Below, piece by piece: positions 11,337-23,869 of a stretch of DNA of 64,000 nt. Position 1 is the first letter of the stretch, and each line of letters begins with the position of its first letter. This stretch comes from Schizochytrium sp. TIO01. Lineage: Eukaryota; Protista; Bigyra: Labyrinthulomycetes. The DNA lies in contig SMSO01000032.1 in the NCBI GenBank assembly GCA_004764695.1, positions 8,588,483 to 8,652,482 of the forward strand, in the 5' to 3' direction. Below the pieces are notes generated by a model that saw nothing but the letters and a program-made list of their open reading frames with translations, was not told the origin of the DNA and did no database searches. The position numbers were made by a program, and so were the translations under genes.

Positions 11337-14011
11337 ATTTCAAACACTTCTTTTTATCACTTTTGTTCTAGTTTACTCTCTAGGAAACTACTAACTTACT
11401 ATAAGGTGTTTTTATTTTTTAAATTTTAAATGTAGGTTTGATTTGGGGCATTATTGCCCTGATGGTGAGAGCTGTCAAGGATTTGGAGACAAGCACCGAT
11501 CGAGCATATTTTGTAAGAAGGAAAGATAAGAGTTGTGCAGGGGTGCGCAACTTACTTGATTTCGGTTCTTGCGTTGTTGTTTCTTTTCTAAAATTATGCA
11601 TTTCTGAGTAACTATTCCAGCTTGAGTAAGTGCTTTAACTTGAGTTCTAATAGGCTCTTGACGGAAAAGCATAAATTCAACACAAAACCGCGAGTAAAGC
11701 GTGCAAGCTTACTCAAATTCAGATAAGCAAGGATGGTAATGACTTGCCAAAGCGAATGGTTTGCAAACTTTATCGTCGTCAACAACCTGGTGCTGTTATA
11801 AGTTATGTGCTCCAAGACCAAGAGGTCTCCGTGGGGGGAAACAGCTAAGGAAAAGCCCAAACCGACTTCAAGAAATTACAAGAAATTCGTTAATTCGATA
11901 TGCTATTGTTCGAAGATATAGCTTCGATTCAGCGCGAGTCGTTCACTTTCTACGATTTCCTCCTGCTCTCATACATTCCTATTTCCTTTCATGGGGCAAT
12001 CAGAAAGCGTGCCTTGATTCATACCAGTCAGTTGTTTTTCGCGTCTTGTTCTGCAGGTGTAGCGAGCTACGAAACCAATCTCGGTCCTTGCAGAATCTTA
12101 TCTACAAATTTAAAGCTGCTAATGGCAGTTGATTATATGCCCCAAAACCTTGTCAATGAGTAAGCTCGTAGTTTACAGCGTATCGCATGACGCTTTGCGG
12201 AGACTAAAGCTATCGAGAAAAACCTCCGTGCATACTACTTAGTCTACTCTACATGATTATTTTTATAAGACCATGCTGACCATAACGTTCCATAACTATG
12301 AAGAAGATACCCACGGTCCAGGATATGTCCTGCCAGAGCCGTACAGATATATGTGATGCTAGTTTCCGTTTGGGGCTTCGAGCAATCTGCAGGACCTTGC
12401 TTCTAAATTTGCTGCCAACGATGACATCAGAGTCGGGTGCAACCGGTACTCTCTGATGTCATTGATGAATGGTATCTTTACCATGGGCCACAGCTCAGAG
12501 GAATGTGATTGCAGATTCTTATATCGACATGATGTTGAATTGCGTTCACAAGAAGAACTATGCGCAGCGACATTGCGCATAGACTGGAACATGAAGTGGC
12601 TACTGATGAATTACAAAGTATAATGAATCGTCTACACGGCATTGCGAAAGCGAACCATGGGCTGACATTGTGCGCTTCTCTCGTATTATGAATACAACAA
12701 TGCTTGTGGCTGTGCTGAGCAGCATTCGGTTTACTTTGATTTTTTTCGTTGCGAAGGGAAACGTGCAAGGATTTCCATAGATTCTCGGAGCTGTAGGGGC
12801 TATACTGATGGAGGCGTCTCGCATAACGATGGCATGGTCGATATAAACATAGGCATGGGCATTTTCTGTCAAAATTTGTGCATTTTGCGAGATGCTCATA
12901 ATGGCATTTTAGCCGTGCAATTGCAAGAAAAATAAAGCGTAGCTTTTTACAATACTGTTTTTACCTTGTATACTTGCGAAGATCCTAAATTTCGCACTAG
13001 AGAGATTAAAGCGAATCTGACCTTGAGATATTATTCTTCCACCTAGCTATCTCCTCATCCACTTTGATATGAAATTTAAGATATAAGCCTTGAACTAGCT
13101 ACTCCTTTCAATACTTATAACGCTTTGAAATAATTATTGTGTCGTACGTTTGTAAGTTCTTCTCAGAATTTAACAAATATTTAATTTTGAATTAGGAATT
13201 GTCTCTCGCTGGAACGGTCGTATTATACAAGAAAAAGACTGAGAGGTACCTGTAATTTGAGAAAATATACTGGCCATTTCTCTCAAAGAAGAAAACTGAT
13301 GCTTCATTAGCGCAAAAAGTGATTTGTATCTTGTAGAGCAGGATTTAAAGAGAGATATTTGCGCCGGTCCACTATTTTGTCAGTTCATATGTAAAAGAAA
13401 TATGAGAGGGCTCCAGCAATGCTTAAAACGACAGATACAGAAACAAGTATAGGCCTTAAAAGTAAACATTGCACGACCTATCCAAAAGCTGATCGAACTT
13501 AACGAATACAAGTACAACATATGATCAAAATTGGTAATTGCCGGAGCAATTTTCATTCATTCAAATAATGTTCTGCGAAACTTATAGTCACGTAATTCAT
13601 GTGTGCTTTAGCGTTTGATTTTGATTTAGAGCTTGCTTGAAAAAGTCAACATTGAGTGCGCGCTATTCGAAATATAAATTCATCGCTGCAACATTGACTG
13701 ACCGTCACTTTACGAGAGGTAATGGACTATAATGGCCTCTACATTGGTATGAATTAAAAAGGACACATGCTGAAGCCAATACAAAAAAAGGGTGGATTGT
13801 ATTCATCCTTAATTTTTGCCCTTCGTTAAATATCCTCGAGCTAATTTCAGTTATATCGCTGGTATCTGTGAGTGTGTTTTATGTCACTGTCTTTTGGCTT
13901 GACATCGTTACTCATATTCCTCCTTATGGAGAAAAACTCCTTAACCCCTAGGTAGTTCACAAAGCGTAGGCAATTGTGAGCATACTCAATGGCGAAGACG
14001 TCAGATTAAAT

Positions 14012-14082
14012 TCTCCCATGATGTAATGGCAACATATCAGACTTTGAATCTGAATCCCTGGGTTCGATTCCCGGTGGGAGAT
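14012..14082 (+). tRNA. tRNA-Gln (anticodon UUG), second copy
   Basis: Identical to the 11266 copy except one D-loop T>C; followed by T-runs. Confidence 0.95.
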
Positions 14083-14879
14083 AATATATTTTCCGTATTT
14101 TTTTCTCTTTCACAGTCTTCTTGTTTAGTAATATAATAGAACACAGTCTATAGTTTTTTAAAGGAAACAAAGGACTTTTTGAATATAAATTTGCTTACTA
14201 GGAGTCTATTTATATAGTACCTTAAAGAGTAACAAGAACGAGATTATAGTAAAATACTTTTTACTGTCGCGTGCACAGCTTGGATTATTCATATGTTTAT
14301 ACTGCACGTGGTTGTGCAAAGAACTTCTTCATGAGCATGATTGCTGTAGCACTCCAGGTTTTACTTGGAGAATTTTTGGTAATGCAGACATTTTCATTGC
14401 TGGAATAGAAAAGATACTCAGGCTGCACAATCTGGAGTGGGTTTTGGGCTGCACGTGAACGTGCTAACTTTTTTATAATCTCAGTATTGGAGTAGTTAGT
14501 CTAATGATAGAATATAGCATAGTACTGCATACTTGTGCGAAAAGTCATTGAGCGGCGTGTGCAGCGCACTCGTTCGCCGGACCTTGCGATATTGAGAGCT
14601 GTGAAGACATAACCTATTGCTCGTGACGACAAGTACTCTGGTGGCGAGCGTGGACTGGTGAACGTGCAGCTACCTGTGCAGGTGCGGTGGTTCTCCGAAG
14701 CTTCTGTTACTGTCTTGTGTTTAGCTGGGGGACGTCAACCGAGCATTACGGCAGTCTAAAGAGCGCCTCGCTTCTACTGTACAGGTTGAAGAATACAAAC
14801 GATTGACCATTTGTAGTTGCAATCGACCAAGCTTCTTGTACAGTCATTCGGTAGAGAGATCTCCAGTGGAAGTGAAACA

Positions 14880-16859
14880 ATGCCACGTATTTCAGCCCCA
14901 GTGCCAACTCACAAACCAAACGTTGCTCCTGCCACACGTCGTGAAATCGCAGCTATTGTTGCAAGTGGCCGGGCAGTACAATCTAAGACTGCACCATCCA
15001 CACATGCTAAAATTATCTCTGAAAATCAACCTGGACGAAATGCGAAACGAGGTATCATTTCGAAACTGCCTCAGGAGCAAGTATATGATCACGAGGACTC
15101 CCCAGTTACGCACTTGAGTGACCCGTATGCGTCGGCGACAGACTATGTGAACTACGATGATGATAAATCAATGTTTTCTCAAAGTGAGAGCATTGCCGTA
15201 GAGCCCACAACACCTGAAGAGCAAGTTGCAGGATGGCTTAGTCGGGTCACTCGCTGCTACGTGCGACCCAATCATTTGTGCGAAGATTTAAAAGACGGTG
15301 TTGCTTTGTGTCGTCTCCTCTCTCGTATTGATGGTAGCGGTGTTGAAGGAGGATTCCATGAGGCACCATCAAGCAAAGCAGATGCTCGTGAAAATGTTCA
15401 AATGTTTTTCCGGGGTTGCCAAACACTGGGCCTTGCAGAGTGTATGGAGCTTTTCACCTACAAGGATTTGCGGGCTAAACGCAAAGATTTGGTTCTGGAG
15501 GTTCTCGCTGGTATGGCCCACGAACTTGATGGCCCATTCTGGTATCGTATAAAGTCTGGCGCGGAGGATATGTCATCATTCTTTTCTGGGGAAGAAGAAG
15601 AAGTCATCTGCGATGAAATGCTTATTCCTCAACAAAATGATTACTTTCAACAGTCTTCCCATGATTTCTCAGTGTGTTCTTCGGAGGCAGATAGCTCTGA
15701 TCAAATAAATGACGAAGACAATAGCGATAGCGATGTTGAGCTTCCTTCTGGCAGACTTGATCTTAAGAACAAGAAAAGTGCGATGAACAGAAGGCAAGAG
15801 AAGAAATCCACTAAAAATACTGTGAAGAAGGAGCTAACTTTGCTTGGCAAAGCCAAACCTCTAAATCTTGGAAAAGATGTTCAAAAAGTCAAAGAAAGTT
15901 CCACAGGGCGACAACAGCGTGTTATGAGCTCAGGAAGCAGTACTATTGACCAGACGAAAAGGGCTATCAATAAATCTTTTAGCCCGAAAGTAGTTGGTGT
16001 TCAGGAGGAATCGTCAGAATATGAAATGAGTGGGAGTGAAAGTGAGGACTATTGCCAAGCCGTATTAGAAGAAGTTGACAATCATTCTGATTTTGGTCGA
16101 GTAGCTTGCGCAGAACTGAAAAAGAAGCAAAAGGAAAATCTTGCTTATGATAATTCTTCTGTAGACGACGCTAACATTGCCTTCGAAAGCGACCCCACCG
16201 TAGACCCTGGAAATGTGCCAAGATCAAATTTGGTAAAGCCTTTACCCAAGATCAACGCAATTAAATCAGTTCCAACAACTCGCCTGCGCGGTTCTAGTGA
16301 AGATGGTTTTGTAGTACCACCCAAGTCATCTTCGAGAAGCAGCGGAGAGAAATCATATGCAGCGCGAAATGAAACCAAGCCCAAGAAGTCAAAGAAGAAG
16401 GCGAAGCAACGTCGGAAGGCAAACTCCATGTCTCTTTCACCTTCAATCTTTATTAGCGAGGGTGAGTCTTGTTCAGACTCTGCATATTCTGAAGATGAGG
16501 CAATTTCAACTTCTCGTAAGAAGAAAGCCCTCAAGCAATCCTCGTGTACTTCCTCTTTGTCCGCGTTAAAGCGTGGTACTGTCCAGGTTTCAAAGCCTTC
16601 TTTGGCTCGGCGAGCTCCTCGTTCTAGTAAGAAACCTACGGGATCTCAGGTTAAGCAGTTTGGGAAACAAGGTCGAGTGGCAAAGCGAAAGCGCAAGCCC
16701 GTCGCAGTTTCGTTCTTTATGGGCATGGTAGGATTAGTGATGATGATATGTGCAGCGATTGCAGTTATTGTGCTTGCTGAATTGATTGGTCTTGTGAACT
16801 TTCGTGTTGGAGAGAGGCTCGGTCTCATTCGCCCTGCGCCCCCTGCATGGTTCTTTTAA
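14880..16859 (+). CDS. Calponin-homology (CH) domain protein with C-terminal transmembrane anchor (~659 aa from first ATG)
   Basis: CH motif EEQVAGWL..EDLKDGVALCRLL..ARENVQMFFRGC..LF...DL; long Ser/acidic/basic low-complexity linker; KRKRKP then ~30 hydrophobic residues and a 20-aa tail. The ORF track starts at TTG 14817; first ATG is 14880. Confidence 0.85.
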   Translation: MPRISAPVPTHKPNVAPATRREIAAIVASGRAVQSKTAPSTHAKIISENQPGRNAKRGIISKLPQEQVYDHEDSPVTHLSDPYASATDYVNYDDDKSMFSQSESIAVEPTTPEEQVAGWLSRVTRCYVRPNHLCEDLKDGVALCRLLSRIDGSGVEGGFHEAPSSKADARENVQMFFRGCQTLGLAECMELFTYKDLRAKRKDLVLEVLAGMAHELDGPFWYRIKSGAEDMSSFFSGEEEEVICDEMLIPQQNDYFQQSSHDFSVCSSEADSSDQINDEDNSDSDVELPSGRLDLKNKKSAMNRRQEKKSTKNTVKKELTLLGKAKPLNLGKDVQKVKESSTGRQQRVMSSGSSTIDQTKRAINKSFSPKVVGVQEESSEYEMSGSESEDYCQAVLEEVDNHSDFGRVACAELKKKQKENLAYDNSSVDDANIAFESDPTVDPGNVPRSNLVKPLPKINAIKSVPTTRLRGSSEDGFVVPPKSSSRSSGEKSYAARNETKPKKSKKKAKQRRKANSMSLSPSIFISEGESCSDSAYSEDEAISTSRKKKALKQSSCTSSLSALKRGTVQVSKPSLARRAPRSSKKPTGSQVKQFGKQGRVAKRKRKPVAVSFFMGMVGLVMMICAAIAVIVLAELIGLVNFRVGERLGLIRPAPPAWFF

Positions 16860-18322
16860 ACCGAATGCTTAGGCAACTAAAGCATAAAATGAAGATTGTT
16901 GAATTTAAAGAAATCAAATGCTGCGTTTTAAAAGTTTGTCAGTCAAACCTAAACGATGGGAGATGGCATGATATTTAATTTACGTCCATTTTGAAAGGGT
17001 ACAAAATTCTATATGGTGTTGTTGAAGAAGGTATCAGAACGCCGAATCCTTGCGAATCAAATTAATTCTTGCAACTCATGTTGATTTTTGATGAAGTTGT
17101 TAGATCTTTGCTGTGAGAAGAGGGAGATAAAGTAAAGCAATTGGCGACTAGGGTAGGATATGAGAACAGTCTCGTGTTTTTTTCAATATTTAAAACAAAT
17201 ATCTAAGAACTGGACTAGTATTAGTAGTTCAAGTACTTAGTAATTTGCTATTTTACACGAGCTAATTGCACGTGTGTCAAGGATTGTTATTTTCTATTTT
17301 CTTTCTACGAGTTCCAATTTGTGTTCACTTTTGGCTTTTTCTGTCATACGATGTCAACCACTGACTATGCGCACAATGAAACGATGTGTTGGTTACAAAC
17401 ATTGGAACCATTTCATACATCGGCTAGCATGCAGGTGCTGTAGTACTGTAAAAGTGTGCAATGTATATGAGGGGTACAGATTGAGTAGATGTATGATCTC
17501 ATCTGATCTCTCTTGATCTCTTCTTTTTGTGACTGTTTTGAAGTGCAAGATGCTGATAGTCTTTATTTGTTTGTAGCGCATAAAACACATTCGTTTTATA
17601 ACCAGGAGTATGTTCTCTCTCTAATTTGACATGAAATAAAACAAAATAAAATAAAATAAATTAAATTAAATTAAAACGAATTCTAGGTAGTACTTTCAGT
17701 ATGTAGAGAGCTCAAACATGTCCATCAACTTATATATACTCCCGCCAAAATACGGTGTGAGAAAAGAGTTTTCAAGGACATCAACTTTCTCCTAAAGATT
17801 ATCTATTCATTTTCATAGAGATAATATAGTAATACACATTTGATAAATTGCTCTTTCCCCCTGTCTAAAAGTCAAGTGTTTTAAAAATCAAAACATAACA
17901 GAAGCTCAAGCATATGCACACAAAGTCGAAGAAAAAGAAATTGAATGCAAAAGAAACGAAAATTTTACGTTCATTGTAGTTGTTTGTTGAGGTTACGGGA
18001 ATTACCTTTATAAGGCTTACTATGCTATCATCATCGCCATCATCATCATCAACAACCGTCATCACGGGTTGCGAGCGATGTTGCCGTTGTCAAAAGAATG
18101 AAGAATACAAAGACAAAGAAGAGCAGGAGAGTGCATCTAAAATCTTTGTACCTCCACTCCGGTCAAATGTGAGACATTATTCATGCAAATCGTTTGATGT
18201 TGTTTTATCATTATGCATGAAACAATCAATCGTTCATTGCTATGAGAGTACAAAAGATTGCGGCAGTCGAGTGTGTTGTTTGAGCTGTCGGTTGTGTGAG
18301 AATATTTCTCAGCGGTGTGTCT

Positions 18323-19897
18323 TTAGACGTGGGTAATTACATCAGGGTCACTGTTATCGCGAAATGAAGATGCTACCTTAATACCGCTAGTACTGGCGGG
18401 TTGGGGGCTCTCATTCTGTACTCGGCCGCGGCGGCCTGTGGTTGCAGGGGCTGAAGCCACGGGCGGGAGTGCTGATGCTGATGCTGATGATGCGTCGGCA
18501 GGTCTGACGTTAACGTAGATTTCCTCACTGGCGGGCCTAATATGCGCCTCGAGCTGGGCGCTGTCCTCAGAGGAGATACGGTCGTGAGCATCGTCGTCTT
18601 CCTCATCATCTTCGACAGGGCGCGAGGAAGAGGAGGCTGAGCTTGCGGACAAAGACGAGACGGAACTGCCGGTATCGCAGTGATCATCGTCGTCGTCAAA
18701 GTTCACAATAATCCTCTCGGGATCGAAATCTTCAGGCACTGTCTTGTTCCGCTTCATGGTGGCAGCGGAGGCAGTGTTCTTCTTAGCGGGCTTGTTCACA
18801 TTTGCTGGGTGCAACTTTGCAGTGAGCTGAGCTAAGGTGTACTTTGGTTTGAGGTCATCGCGCTTAGGCATGGTAGTCTCATAGCCGTAAGTCACAAAAT
18901 CTTGTGCGAACATCTCAAGAACAACATCCATGGTCTCCTGGTCATAAAGGTCGTACCATGCGGGTCCCTTTGAAGCGCGCTTGTTTGCGTGAGGCATGTT
19001 GGTCAGGGCGTAGATGACCTTTTCTGGGAGGTCCGCGTAGCGGCTCTGGTAGAGATCAGTCTCCTGGCCATCACGCCGCTTGATGATTTTAAGGTCTTCC
19101 TGTCGGATGATGTATGGCACAAGCTGCTGTCCGCGGAAGTGCGTAAAAGAATGCATGGGGAGCACATGGCAATAAACGTCCCACTCCTCGGTGGATCCGG
19201 TCATCTCAAAGACGGTGAACTTTTTGCGCCACTCTTTCACAAAGTGGGCAAAAGACTCGCAGCTGTGCGCCTGGTTGTAGCGGTAGACCGAGACCATGCG
19301 CGAAAAGGGGTTACGGACAATGGCAAAGCTGTCCTGGAGATCGGCGGGCTTAATGAATTTGTGCGAAATGAGCTTCTCCGCAGTGTAGTGCATGAGGTAG
19401 CCATCATAGTTCACGCCGTGAAGGTATTGCGGGGCACCGCCAAAGCCAAACATAATTTTGCCGAAAGCCCACATACAGAGTCGGCGGACGATATCCCGGC
19501 GGCCCATAACGTTAGCGGCCATGACAAATGTTGACATGAAGAAAGTTGCAAATCCACAGACCCAGAAAGAAATAGAGATGGGTGGTGGGCACCAGCGATC
19601 CCAGCTGCATGCCGCGATTCCCCAGTCGGGAACAGCAAAATAAACGATGGTTGCCGTGATGAAGACCGTCAAGGCATAGAGGTTCTCAAACGACTTGATG
19701 GGGAAATTTGACTGTTCCAGCAATCGATACCTGTAGAAAAAGTATAGCTGGCCAATTTTGTGATACAGGTTGGAGACGCGCCGACACTTGGCCTCAACGT
19801 TATAGAGCTTTATCAAACTCGTGCCACCGCATCGGGGTACGTGAATGAAGAGGAGCTTCTCCTCCTTGCTCTCTTCCTCCTTCACAAGCCAAGGCAT
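18323..19897 (-). CDS. Sulfotransferase family 2-like protein with internal TM hairpin, 524 aa
   Basis: 5'-PSB-like FIHVPRCGGTSL; 3'-PB-like FAIVRNPFSRMVSVY; typical C-terminal HAN...WYDLY..ETMDVVLEMFAQDFVTYGY; disordered tail. Confidence 0.85.
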   Translation of the reverse strand: MPWLVKEEESKEEKLLFIHVPRCGGTSLIKLYNVEAKCRRVSNLYHKIGQLYFFYRYRLLEQSNFPIKSFENLYALTVFITATIVYFAVPDWGIAACSWDRWCPPPISISFWVCGFATFFMSTFVMAANVMGRRDIVRRLCMWAFGKIMFGFGGAPQYLHGVNYDGYLMHYTAEKLISHKFIKPADLQDSFAIVRNPFSRMVSVYRYNQAHSCESFAHFVKEWRKKFTVFEMTGSTEEWDVYCHVLPMHSFTHFRGQQLVPYIIRQEDLKIIKRRDGQETDLYQSRYADLPEKVIYALTNMPHANKRASKGPAWYDLYDQETMDVVLEMFAQDFVTYGYETTMPKRDDLKPKYTLAQLTAKLHPANVNKPAKKNTASAATMKRNKTVPEDFDPERIIVNFDDDDDHCDTGSSVSSLSASSASSSSRPVEDDEEDDDAHDRISSEDSAQLEAHIRPASEEIYVNVRPADASSASASALPPVASAPATTGRRGRVQNESPQPASTSGIKVASSFRDNSDPDVITHV

Positions 19898-20961
19898 CTT
19901 GCTTTTGTTTTTATTTGTGTGTAGGTCAACTCCGCCACTAGCGAGTTGTCAAGGCGCACCTGCCTCAACAGTCACGTACAAGCTAATAAAGTTTCTGCTG
20001 CCGCAGAAGAGGGTCTAAGGGAAAGAAAAGCGAAGTGTGTAGTACTTCAGTAGTAGAGAAGTAGTAAAAAGAGAAAAAAGAAAGCTTTTCTCACAAACAA
20101 CCACGAGGGAGGGTCAAGCTTGCTTCTGAGGGTTTCTCTTTCCGCGTGGCGACCAAAGGGCTAGATCACTCCGTCTGCTCTCCTGCTGTGCCTCTCTCCG
20201 CGACCGATGGGTCCGTCTTTGATGAATACGGGTTTGTGCGTATGTATGTATGTATGTATATAATGTAAGTGATTGAACAACGAGGTATGTTTATGACGAA
20301 GGAGTAAGCTGTCGGCGCCTAGTACCCTCCTACGTGAACAGCTAAGAGTCTACCACCCCTTACGCAATTACTAATGCTGCCTCTCGCTCGACGCGCTAGC
20401 TCTAGCTAGCTCAAAGCTCGCGGTCTCAGGCACGCAGGGCAGGGCTCCTCGCCGACTGCTGCTGCTGCTGCCTTCTTCGCGCCGCGGTTCTCTGTCACCC
20501 CGGCTGCGTCTGCCGCGGCGGTGTTCCTTCCTGCGCCAGCGGCCCTGCCGACTCGTGCGGCGCCGCCTCGATCGGAGATTGTGGTTTGCCGGCCAATCTG
20601 ATTCTCTTTTCGCTTTCCCTCTCTTTCTCTTTCTTTTCTTTTACTTGCCTCCTCCTTCAACAAATATGTCTCGCTGGTCTTCTCACGCTGCCGCCGCCGC
20701 CGCTGCCTTCGCTGCTGCCTTCGCTGCTGCCTTCGCTGCTGCTGACGCTGGAGCTCGCAGGCCGTCTCTCGTCGAGCTCGCCTGCCTTTATTTATCTGTC
20801 TGCCGCTCTGCTGCTTCAGGCCGCGGGAGAGAGCTCAATGCTGTGCCGAGCGGGTGAGCGGTCAGCTCGCTTGGGTGTTCTTACTATGATGGCGAAGTCT
20901 GTGTAGGTATGGAATAATATGAATGAATGTTTATATTTGAAAAATTAAGCGGTAGCTGAGA

Positions 20962-20989
20962 TAAATAAGTAAGTAAGTAAGTAAGTAAG

Positions 20990-21036
<47 letters not shown>

Positions 21037-21037
21037 A
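20962..21037. repeat. Compound (TAAG)n(TAAA)n microsatellite
   Basis: Directly visible. Confidence 0.95.
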
Positions 21038-21934
21038 TGTATTTCTTTTGAATACTCCGGTCTGTCGATAAAACTAATCTCTAAGTATCGCCGCCGCTTT
21101 TTTTCTCATCATGGCAAAAGCTCTCACTCCTTTCCTTTCCTTTTCTATTCTACTTTTTCTAAAATAACAATTATACAATTAAATCATTAAAAATAAAATT
21201 AAAAAGGGAATATTTATTTGTTTTTGTTTGAAATTCTTTCGCGAAAACTAGTAGACTGATAAAAGGTTTCTAGTTTCAAGAAAACCAACCAAAGAGTTAC
21301 ATTTTCAACAAACAGATCATGCATGCACGGGCAGTACGTAAGTAAGTAGGTGGTCCCTCGCAGTCTTTGTAGCAGAAACAAAACGACGAGGAGTCTTTTT
21401 CTTCTTCTTTTCGTTTCTCCTTCTTCTTCCTGCACTTCTTTTAAAAATTAAATACTCTTCTTATCATAATACGTATATATGCGCCCATATAAAGTTGCCT
21501 CTACAGAATCCTCAGCGGTAGGAGTCGCCGTGCCTCTCTTACTGTTAGCGGTAGGACGGGCTACGCGTGTGGAAGTATGGAAGGAAGGAGAGAAAGAGGC
21601 CCTTCTCTCCTTCAAGTTATACAACCTGCTTCTCAGAGCATTAAAGGTCAGCACAGCGCCGCTTTCTGCTCGAGCCATCTCTGAGAATTTCCGAGTTCTC
21701 GGCGCCTCTGCTGCGCCAGTATCGCCTCCCTCCCTGCCTGCTCCGGCTTAGAGCGTGTCTGCGTGCTCATCAGCCGCCTCATGCTTGCGCTCTTCGCTGT
21801 CGCTTCGAAGAAGGAGCACCCGTGATACACATGCTCACTGTATAACAAGCTTGATAACAGGTAGCTAGCTAGCTAGCTATCTATCTATCTATCTATCTAT
21901 ATATATATATATATATATCTACAGGGGCTTTTGT

Positions 21935-22014
21935 GAAACAAAGAAACAAAGAAACAAAGAAACAATGAAACAATGAAACAAAGAAATAATGAAACAATGA
22001 AACAATGAAACAAT
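21935..22014. repeat. 8-bp tandem repeat GAAACAAW x10
   Basis: Directly visible. Confidence 0.9.
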
Positions 22015-23869
22015 TTCAAAGATCGGCTTACAAAGAACGGCAGTAAGGACCAGTATGGATCCCTATTTCCAACAAAGTAAGTAAATAAATAGATAGATCA
22101 ATCAATCAATCAATCAATCAATGATCTGTAATGGGTAGGTAAGTAAAGAACAGACAAATTAATAGGTTCATTCTCGTGGCATCACATTCTCTTCTCAAAC
22201 GAAGAAGCTGGTTTCTTTCTTTCTTTCATTCTTTCTTTTATTTAGTTTAATATTCTGTCATTCTTTCATTTTTATATTCTTTCCTCCCTTCGAAGTCCTC
22301 CTGAGGAATCGCTCGAATTGGCGCGAGAGAGAGAGAGACGGGGTCCCAACCCACGCACGCGAGATAAGTTTGCGGCGGCTGCGTCTCTCCACCGTCGCCT
22401 CTCGCGCGCCTCCACCTCCCTCCGCGCCCTCGCCTCGTGCCTTCCGCTCAGCTCGCTGTTTCAGGCTCTCTGCTTCGAACTTGGCTTCCGCAGCGTGGAA
22501 TCCGAAAAGCAAGTACATTTATACATACATTTATACATACATTTATTTATACATACATTTTGCATACACACAGATAGATACATGCATACATATACGCAAG
22601 CAGACTAGAAGCTAGAAAAAGCTCGATGCTCGAAACAACAAGAGAGAAAGGAGAGAGAAAGGAGAGAAAGAGGCCTGGATTAGAAACAGCGGCAGACATT
22701 TATTTATTCACTCACTCACCATCGCTCGCAGTCGTTCTTTCGTTCTTCTTCGCGCAGTTCAATTGAGTTTCGGCGAAAGTGAGATGGTCAGAGCGGAAAG
22801 GAAAGAAAGGAGAGAAAGAAAGAAAGAAAGAAAGAGAGAAAAAGAGAAAGAAAGAAAGTGAGCGGCAAAATAAATGTAGTATTTTTTTGCCCATCCACCA
22901 CAAAGAGGAAACTCTAGGAGGTGTAAGGAGGACTGGAAAGAGGAAGGCGGCGGTCTGCTGGAAGAGGATTCAAGAGGAAGGAAACGCAGGGGTCAGCGCA
23001 CAAAGTGGTTGGAAGGGCGATCGTTGTGTTGCTGTATAGCGGGAATTGGAAAAGGAAAGAAAAGGAAGTAAAGGGAAAAAACACGACAGTAACATAACAA
23101 CAACCTCCCGTAGATGATCTAGGCGCTCCTACTACAGGTGTGCTCAAAGAACAGCGGAAGCGATTCTTTTCTCATAGCTATGAATAAAGGCCGCGCGATG
23201 CAAAATAATTCGTTCTAATGACGTTTGATCTCCTCACGAAAGAGGAAAACAGCGATGAAAAGAAAAGGGATTATTAGAGAGAGAGCCTGAGAAAAAGTCT
23301 TGCGATGAAGATGAGCTGAAAAGACCTGAGACTATCGAAAACGAAGTTGAATGTTGAGAATTGCGATGAACTCTGGAGTGAGATCAAGATCAGCGTAGGG
23401 GTTAAAGACCAAAGGCAAGGCCAAGGCCAAGATCAAGATTTTAGGGTGCGCTCGCCTGCTTAGAGCTGTGTGCTTTCGCTTAAGCTCAAACTCAAGCTCA
23501 ATCTCAGGTGACGGTGTACTAGACCATTGGTGGCTAGCTGACGAGGAAGATCTCGCTTCGTTCTTTTGGTCATAATTGCTTTTGGGGTCACAAGACTCGA
23601 GGCAAAACTATTTATATATATGCATGTATGCATGCATCCATAAATGCATGAATGCATGCATGCATGAATGAATGAATGAATGAATGAATGAATGCATATG
23701 CTTCATGTGCGCCGTTTGCAGCTTGCAGCCAAGTCCAACCCAAAGATCAATTACAACTTCAAGGTCATCTTCAAGATCAAGTTCAGGTTGCTCGGACTTT
23801 GTCGCTTCAAGGATTCGTGAAAATGTGGTCAATCTGGAGATCACTGTGACGAGTTGGATCTCGCAGGAG

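Noticed and set aside
14817-14879. TTG start for the CH protein
   Set aside because: Eukaryotic gene; ATG at 14880 is the more plausible start.
18989-19534. 181-aa plus-strand ORF
   Set aside because: Antisense shadow of the GC-rich sulfotransferase CDS.
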